From the IMG/VR virus record IMGVR_UViG_3300032038_000019: a DNA stretch of 62,882 nucleotides. One strand, 5' to 3'. Shown piece by piece: positions 58,040 through 62,882 of this stretch (positions are counted from its first letter, which is position 1; each line of letters opens with the position of its first letter). The DNA is from an uncultured virus (IMG/VR IMGVR_UViG_3300032038_000019). Its lineage: Duplodnaviria; Heunggongvirae; Uroviricota; Caudoviricetes. Made by a program: the position numbers and the translations under genes. The notes below the pieces were generated by a model that made no database searches, was not told the DNA's origin, and saw nothing but the letters and a program-made list of their open reading frames with translations.

Positions 58040-58780
58040 CTATTTATATTTTTGTTCTGTTATTACCATCTTATATGTTTTTATTTTTTTAAAATGTTTA
58101 AGTAAAAAAACGTTAGTCAATCTTTCAGCCAAATAACCCCCGATTCTGTATTGATACCAAACTTCGTTATTAGGGCTAAAATTTTTAAGATATTTTTCTT
58201 TATTATTTTCTATCCTTTTCTCTATGTCAATGCCAACATATTTGATATATTCATCCAACACATTTCTTATAAAATCAACATATTCTTCAAAATCTTCTTT
58301 TTTCATTATCACCATATTACAAGGAAACATCATTGATGAATTCATAACATTTTCAAATGCATCAAAATACATTGGAAACTTTTTTCTAATTATCTCTTCA
58401 ACAATATCCAAATCCTCTACATTGTGACATAAAGCATACTGCCATCTAACAGTTCCATTGAATGTAATTGGGTCACATGCAATAGCATCACACTGTTTAA
58501 ATACCTCGTCCATGTTAGGTATATCATCCATAAACTCAAAGTATTTCCTATACGAACATACCCCAACATATTTTTTCAACTCAATATTATCTTTTATATG
58601 AAAATAACTCATTATCTCTGAATAAAAGCTTCCCTTTAACCCGTTATCAGCAATATCACCATTAATATCATTTGAGTTAATTACTTTATATGTTTTGTTT
58701 TTAAGTATATTGTTAAAATCTTTGTGAGTGCATATAAATATGTCAACATCATTTTTTTCTTTAGTGTCTAAAAAATTCAT
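58040..58780 (-). CDS. DUF4422-domain glycosyltransferase-like protein
   Basis: IFICTHK, YSE, YVGVCSYRKYF, NMVIMKKEDFEEY, YQYRIGGYLAERL match the DUF4422 pattern; start taken at ATG 58780. Confidence 0.8.
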   Translation of the reverse strand: MNFLDTKEKNDVDIFICTHKDFNNILKNKTYKVINSNDINGDIADNGLKGSFYSEIMSYFHIKDNIELKKYVGVCSYRKYFEFMDDIPNMDEVFKQCDAIACDPITFNGTVRWQYALCHNVEDLDIVEEIIRKKFPMYFDAFENVMNSSMMFPCNMVIMKKEDFEEYVDFIRNVLDEYIKYVGIDIEKRIENNKEKYLKNFSPNNEVWYQYRIGGYLAERLTNVFLLKHFKKIKTYKMVITEQKYK

Positions 58781-58887
58781 CTTTTCTTTTGTTCTTTCAT
58801 TATATAAAAAAAATGGCAACTATATACAATTAGACCATATTAACTGAAAAAATAAAGAGCAATCACAATTGATTACTCCTTTTATTA

Positions 58888-59508
58888 TTATTGCCATCCT
58901 TGACCCTTTACGTATTTTGATTTGTTGTTGTAGTAACCATCTAAATCATTGCCAACTGAAGTTATCTTATTTTTATAATCATTGCTGACTCTATTTAACA
59001 TCTTACCATTGTCTCCATTGCCTCCTATCTTTTTCATAGCGTACCCAGTATCATTTTTAACGTAATTTTTGCCAAACCCATGATATGCTGTGCCACCAGC
59101 AAGGGTATTTCTACCAATTTTTTCCCTATAATCCCCCCAAGGCGTTTTCATAGTATCTCCATACATGGGTGATGTGTAGTCTCTTTCATCTTTCATATAA
59201 CCACCATTCATATTAACGTTTCCCCTAAGCAGTGCATTAACACCAGTGTCATTCGCTGGCGACACGTCTTCATGCGAACCATATGCCCAACTGTCACCAA
59301 AATGCTGTTTTTGAAATTGTTGGCTAGAATAGGCTTCTAAATTTGATGCTTTATCACTTTTTCCTTGTGCTTGCCTTGCTCTTGCAGCATTCATATATGT
59401 CTTCCAATCAAGTTCATTCAATTGGCTTTCTTTCAAAACTCTTTTTACTGAGTTTTCGATAATTCTATGAAGGTCTGATTCTGTTAGTCTTATGAGTTTC
59501 TTATTCAT
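58888..59508 (-). CDS. LTESDL-leader family protein (ELDW subfamily)
   Basis: MNKKLIRLTESDLHRIIENSVKRVLKESQLNELDWKTY; about 65 bp near-identical to 28398-28464; ends GQGWQ. Confidence 0.8.
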   Translation of the reverse strand: MNKKLIRLTESDLHRIIENSVKRVLKESQLNELDWKTYMNAARARQAQGKSDKASNLEAYSSQQFQKQHFGDSWAYGSHEDVSPANDTGVNALLRGNVNMNGGYMKDERDYTSPMYGDTMKTPWGDYREKIGRNTLAGGTAYHGFGKNYVKNDTGYAMKKIGGNGDNGKMLNRVSNDYKNKITSVGNDLDGYYNNKSKYVKGQGWQ

Positions 59509-59586
59509 ATTATATACGTATTTTTAATAATAAATATCGTCAAGATTTGTTTATTCGATAAATATCTGTAACTTTGCAGCAAAATT
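59500..59586. repeat. Divergent promoter block, also present at 62611-62697
   Basis: Shared ttattcatat...tatacgtatttt...aataaatatc..caagatttgttt..ttcgataaatatctgtaa.tt.gcagcaaaatt. Confidence 0.85.
59546..59576 (+). promoter_or_regulatory. Bacteroidota sigma-A promoter (TTTG-N19-TAACTTTG)
   Basis: Exact consensus followed by cagc, an A-rich leader and ATG at 59593. Confidence 0.8.
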
Positions 59587-59595
59587 AAAACAATG

Positions 59596-59628
59596 AAAAT
59601 GAGCAACCGTGATTGGCTGCTCATTTTT
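59596..59628 (+). terminator. Intrinsic terminator
   Basis: aaaatgagcaacc-gtgatt-ggctgctcattttt. Confidence 0.65.
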
Positions 59629-59853
59629 GTATATCTATACACTATTGGATTTTACTGCCAACAGGTATGTAGTTCCCTTTTTTTTGCTTTTTTAAACCCA
59701 TAAAAAAAAGATATTTACCTATATATTATTTGTGCAAAAATATAGATAAATATCCGAAAAAACAAGAAATTGCTACTATTTCTTTAACTTTTTTTATTAC
59801 TTACTTTCATAATTACTTTAGCAAAACGCTGTAACTACTTGATTATCAGGCAA

Positions 59854-60342
59854 TTAGTAACAGAGTATAGCATAATCAAACCTTAATGTTGCTTGAATTG
59901 TAGCAAGTTCACTTGAACTGTAATCCAAATCACCAAATGACACATTTGTTAACATTGTGTTTTTAAGAATCCACTTAGACACAACAACACCTGTAGGGTC
60001 AAGCATTTCCAATTCTACGTCACGTTTATAGCCAGCTGCATAACCCTGTCTACCTGTAACTGATTCTGAATGCAAACGAACCCATTCCATAATAGCCTGT
60101 GAAGCACTTGGGCCAATTGGGTCACGTAATGTTACTTGAATTGTTTCCCATGTATATCTACCAACAACATAAGTTGATGTGTTCAAGAATGGAATTGGAG
60201 TTTCATCCTGTGTGATAGATGGACGTGATGCACTTGAAAGCCACCACTCTTGAATGCCCAAATCTGCAGGGAACCTGAATAACCATCTATTTTTCCTTAA
60301 TGGCTCATAATTGAGCGGCATCTTCAAAAGTAAATCTGACAT
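59854..60342 (-). CDS. Tail tube protein (T4 gp19-like)
   Basis: EPLRKNRWLFRF...SASRPSI...GRYTWETIQVTLRDPI...YKRDVELEMLDPTGVVVSKWIL...FGDLDYSS...TLRFD; 162 aa. Confidence 0.9.
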   Translation of the reverse strand: MSDLLLKMPLNYEPLRKNRWLFRFPADLGIQEWWLSSASRPSITQDETPIPFLNTSTYVVGRYTWETIQVTLRDPIGPSASQAIMEWVRLHSESVTGRQGYAAGYKRDVELEMLDPTGVVVSKWILKNTMLTNVSFGDLDYSSSELATIQATLRFDYAILCY

Positions 60343-60459
60343 ATTTTATATATTTAATATATTTATTTTTATATAATATAAATATTATATTTTATAATTT
60401 TAATAATATATTTTGTTATTTAAATAAAATATTATATATTAGCATAAGAAAAAAGAGTT

Positions 60460-60993
60460 ATGGATAAATTAGATAAATTTATTAAAAAAGCAAAATCTGT
60501 CCACGGAAATAAATATGACTATTCAAAAGTTTGCTACGTCAATAGTCAAACTAAGGTTTGTATAGTTTGTCCAGAGCATGGTGAATTTTGGCAAACACCC
60601 GCTAATCATATTCGTGGAAATAAATGCCCTATATGTTCTAATAAAGGACGTGGTAGTAAAAAGCGTTCTTCTACTGAAGAATTTATTGAAAAGGCAAAAT
60701 CTGTTCATGGCAATGGCATTGAGGGCTTTTGGGCACATTTCAAGCGTGTTGTATTTGGCGCATATCACTGTGTTAGTAAGGACTACTTACCTCGTTATAT
60801 TGACGAGCAAGCCTATCGTTGGAATACTCGCAAGGAGAGTGCTTCATTCCGCTTTGAGGATATGTTCAAGAGGGCAGCAAAATCCTTTGATTACACTGAT
60901 GCATTGGCTCTCTCAAGTGTGGTAAGTATTGAGCATTTTAGGGAGTATAGGGTTATGTGTTACAACCTTTGGAAATCAACACATTGTGCATAA
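60460..60993 (+). pseudogene. In-frame chimera: zinc-ribbon homing-endonuclease N-terminus fused to IS1595-family transposase C-terminus
   Basis: Residues 1-85 match the KYDYSKV..CPEHGEFWQTP..CPIC repeat of 24610..26475; from NGIEGFWAHFKR...YHCVSKDYLPRYIDE..YRWN it matches the IS1595 DDE transposase C-terminus; higher GC after ~60712. Confidence 0.8.
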
Positions 60994-61096
60994 AAAAGAG
61001 CGAATCAGAACGATTCGCCCATATGTTCGACAAGTCCATTGGTTTAGTACGTAAGTGGTCTGAAATCAGCGTTGGGTTGATGGCTGCTTAATGTTA

Positions 61097-61387
61097 TTAC
61101 TGTATGCTTTGTAAATCCTTAATAGTTTTCAGACAGAGTTCATATATTTTGTAGTATTCAAAGTGTGCATTTCCATTAGGAATCATTTCGCTATCACCAC
61201 CATATACGTGTGATTCAGATTCTTTTTGCAAAGCACTTGAAACAGCAGATAATGAAAAAATGGCTTGTTGGATATTCTGCTGGAGATACGCATTATCGCC
61301 AATCCCTTCTTTTAATACTTTATTTACTGATTGCTTCACGATTCTATGCAAATCTGATTCTGTTAGTCTAATTAATTTCTTATTCAT
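61097..61387 (-). CDS. LTESDL-leader family protein
   Basis: Start reassigned to ATG 61387 (MNKKLIRLTESDLHRIVKQSVNKVLKE); the longer predicted start lies inside a TIR. Confidence 0.8.
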   Translation of the reverse strand: MNKKLIRLTESDLHRIVKQSVNKVLKEGIGDNAYLQQNIQQAIFSLSAVSSALQKESESHVYGGDSEMIPNGNAHFEYYKIYELCLKTIKDLQSIQ

Positions 61388-61395
61388 GCTATAAA

Positions 61396-62190
61396 GGTAA
61401 TAATATAGTAGTTGGCACAAATATTTATTTTTTAAAAAGTAAATTTGAATACTGCCTATAGTTTTGCTTTACCCACTCTATACACATAGAAAGTTTACGA
61501 CTTATATACAATGGTTTCACTTTTGTTTTTTTTGTGATAAAAAAATCATATTCACCATTATAGTATGGCATTACTGCAAAATATTTACAACCATTATAAT
61601 TTATTCTTCTTAAATTTATAAAATCCTTTGCTGTTTTATTATATATAATAATTTCATCTGTTGGAAACTTAAATTCAAGATTCTTTGTTTTAACGCCACT
61701 AGCCCTAAACATCACATATTTTACAGAATTATAAAATTGACTATCACATTCATCGACAACTAAATCAATCCTTTTATCGGCTGGAAAGGCAAATGTATAG
61801 CCACTATTTGTTCTCTCTTGATAATTACCAGTACACCATAAAAACTCTTTTTTATCCGCAGGAAATGCATATTTAAAACCACTATTTGCAATATTTCCTT
61901 TTTGGTTTTGAATATGTATTAGCCAATCAGTTTTGAACACGTCTGGTTTAGTAAACACATAATTATCTGATTGGTTGTTTGTTTTAATATCTTTATCACC
62001 AAATACATCATTTATATATTTATGATTTGAAGGAGAAATATTTTTTGCCGCTAAATAATCAAATAAAGGTTTACCGTACTCTTTATCTAAATATTCGTTA
62101 ATACTTTCTTTAATTATTTTGTCAACATTAATAATCATAATAATAAATATTATCAAAAATTTATTTTGTGCCAACTGCTATATTATTGCC
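61396..62190. mobile_element. Non-autonomous IS-derived insertion cassette (795 bp) with 26-bp TIRs and 8-bp TSD
   Basis: Left TIR GGTAATAATATAGTAGTTGGCACAAA (61396-61421); right TIR reverse complement GGCAATAATATAGCAGTTGGCACAAA (62165-62190), 24/26; flanks gctataaa (61388-95) / gttataaa (62191-98); no transposase inside. Confidence 0.85.
61425..62138 (-). CDS. Cassette passenger protein with short leader (DKIIKESINE); possible ART-like fold
   Basis: Start taken at ATG 62138, with TATTTAT a few bp upstream; WLIH...IANSGF...GYTFAF...VMFRASGV...DEIII pattern. Confidence 0.65.
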   Translation of the reverse strand: MIINVDKIIKESINEYLDKEYGKPLFDYLAAKNISPSNHKYINDVFGDKDIKTNNQSDNYVFTKPDVFKTDWLIHIQNQKGNIANSGFKYAFPADKKEFLWCTGNYQERTNSGYTFAFPADKRIDLVVDECDSQFYNSVKYVMFRASGVKTKNLEFKFPTDEIIIYNKTAKDFINLRRINYNGCKYFAVMPYYNGEYDFFITKKTKVKPLYISRKLSMCIEWVKQNYRQYSNLLFKK

Positions 62191-62256
62191 GTTATAAATG
62201 TATTTAATTCGTTATTTCCTATATATAAATCATTAAGAATTGGAAAAGATTATTAT

Positions 62257-62619
62257 TTACTGCCATTCCCCATTATCATATTCTGAAAAATTATCGTCAG
62301 CAAAGTATTTATTATAGTCTCTAAAGAGTTTAGTCATATTTTCAAAATCTTTTTCATTTGTTCTGATGGTGAATAAAACTTGTTCCTTTGTTAAATCATA
62401 TTGCTGCATCATATATTCTAACCTCTTTTTTAAAAACAAATCATGTTGTCTTTTTCTCTTTTCATTGTGCGAATCTGAGGGTGTGAACATATCATTAGCA
62501 GCACCAATCATTGCGGAATCCGCAGTTCTCCAATCAAGTTCTGTGAGAACTTGGTTTACAGACTCCTTCACAATCTTGCTGAGTGTGGATTCTGTTAATC
62601 TAATTCTATTCTTATTCAT
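62257..62619 (-). CDS. LTESDL-leader family protein (ELDW subfamily)
   Basis: MNKNRIRLTESTLSKIVKESVNQVLTELDWRTA; ends NGEWQ. Confidence 0.8.
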   Translation of the reverse strand: MNKNRIRLTESTLSKIVKESVNQVLTELDWRTADSAMIGAANDMFTPSDSHNEKRKRQHDLFLKKRLEYMMQQYDLTKEQVLFTIRTNEKDFENMTKLFRDYNKYFADDNFSEYDNGEWQ

Positions 62620-62655
62620 ATTCTATACGTATTTTCTAAATAAATATCATCAAGA

Positions 62656-62687
62656 TTTGTTTTATTCGATAAATATCTGTAATTTCG
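62656..62687 (+). promoter_or_regulatory. Bacteroidota sigma-A-type promoter (TTTG-N20-TAATTTCG)
   Basis: Copy of the 59546-59576 promoter with one mismatch to the -7 consensus. Confidence 0.6.
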
Positions 62688-62730
62688 CAGCAAAATTGAT
62701 ATTTATTGTTGAACTAACATAATTATAGTT

Positions 62731-62882
62731 ATGGAAAAGAATAATAAGACAGTTAAAATTGACCTTGGCAATGGATGCTTGTTTGAAAATGGGGAGATAA
62801 AAAGCGTGCTGACAGAAGAACAAGAATCTGAAATTTGGATGTCGTGGGATGAAGGATGGCAATGGGTCATTAACTCTCTTCA
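62731..62882 (+). CDS. Hypothetical protein, truncated by the window end
   Basis: ATG 62731 MEKNNKTVKIDLGNGCLFENGEIKSVLTEEQESEIWMSWDEGWQWVINSL... open to the end, downstream of a sigma-A-type promoter; absent from the ORF track. Confidence 0.55.
   Translation, partial: MEKNNKTVKIDLGNGCLFENGEIKSVLTEEQESEIWMSWDEGWQWVINSL

Larger units (their letters stand above)
58815..59677. mobile_element. Transposase-less IS1595-like cassette carrying an LTESDL gene
   Basis: Left end GGCAACTATATAC, right end reverse complement GGGAACTACATAC (11/13); right end matches the 62190 TIR at 18/26 with GTTGGCA in register; no TSD. Confidence 0.5.

Noticed and set aside
2131..58427. Numerous 60-165-aa plus-strand ORFs in the track
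   Set aside because: Almost all lie antisense within or across longer minus-strand genes and have compositions typical of shadow frames
59593..59703. 36-aa hydrophobic ORF (MKMSNRDWLLIFVYLY...) as a small toxin
   Set aside because: It runs through a terminator hairpin and across the cassette end; better explained as a deletion by-product, though not excluded
60460..60993. Active transposase or active homing endonuclease
   Set aside because: Lacks the first two catalytic Asp residues of the transposase and the whole nuclease domain
61388..62174. ORF-track starts at 61420 and 62174 (also 28584, 54595, 58819)
   Set aside because: These extensions run through TIRs, terminators or the upstream gene; downstream ATGs align with paralogs and promoter motifs
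1..62882. Stop-codon reassignment (TAG or TGA read as sense), as in some gut Bacteroidota phages
   Set aside because: Genes are full length in the standard code, and TAG ends nrdG (16578), the helicase (19876), tdk (31038) and 33727 at sensible positions
1..62882. CRISPR array, tRNA or rRNA genes
   Set aside because: No regularly spaced repeat-spacer units or cloverleaf-like sequences seen in the short intergenic gaps; the repeats found are intragenic or dispersed. Not verified by software

Overview
AT-rich (roughly 70% A+T by eye) segment of a large contractile-tailed (T4-like, jumbo-type) phage, almost all on the minus strand and in the standard genetic code. TTTG-N19-TAnnTTTG promoters point to a Bacteroidota host, and NrdD/NrdG point to an anaerobic niche. 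Virion genes include tail tube, tail fibre, gp26-like and gp51-like assembly proteins, tape measure, baseplate hub/wedge proteins, neck protein and four ~1000-aa orphans. These are interleaved with a DNA-metabolism block: gp32-like SSB, Tdk, RecA/UvsX, 5'-3' exonuclease, intein-containing DnaB/gp41 helicase and NrdDG. Accessory genes include zinc-ribbon homing-endonuclease-like genes, two glycosyltransferases flanking the tail fibre, and a papain-like protease with a lipoprotein. The most notable signal is a family of 6-8 otherwise dissimilar accessory proteins sharing an N-terminal leader (K-L-I-R-L-T-E-S-D-L-H-R-I-x-x-x-S-V-x-x-V-L-x-E). The leader ends in a T4 gp21-type I/L-x-E motif, and most members carry a late-type TATTTAT promoter. 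Several of these genes lie in transposase-less cassettes bounded by related GGnAAnnATATA ends. One cassette has 26-bp TIRs and an 8-bp TSD and lies next to an IS1595 transposase remnant fused to a homing-endonuclease N-terminus. Working hypothesis (inference): IS1595-derived cassettes shuffle capsid-packaged, injected effector genes, including ADP-ribosyltransferase-like ones, around the phage genome. All family calls come from motif recognition by eye; no searches were run.
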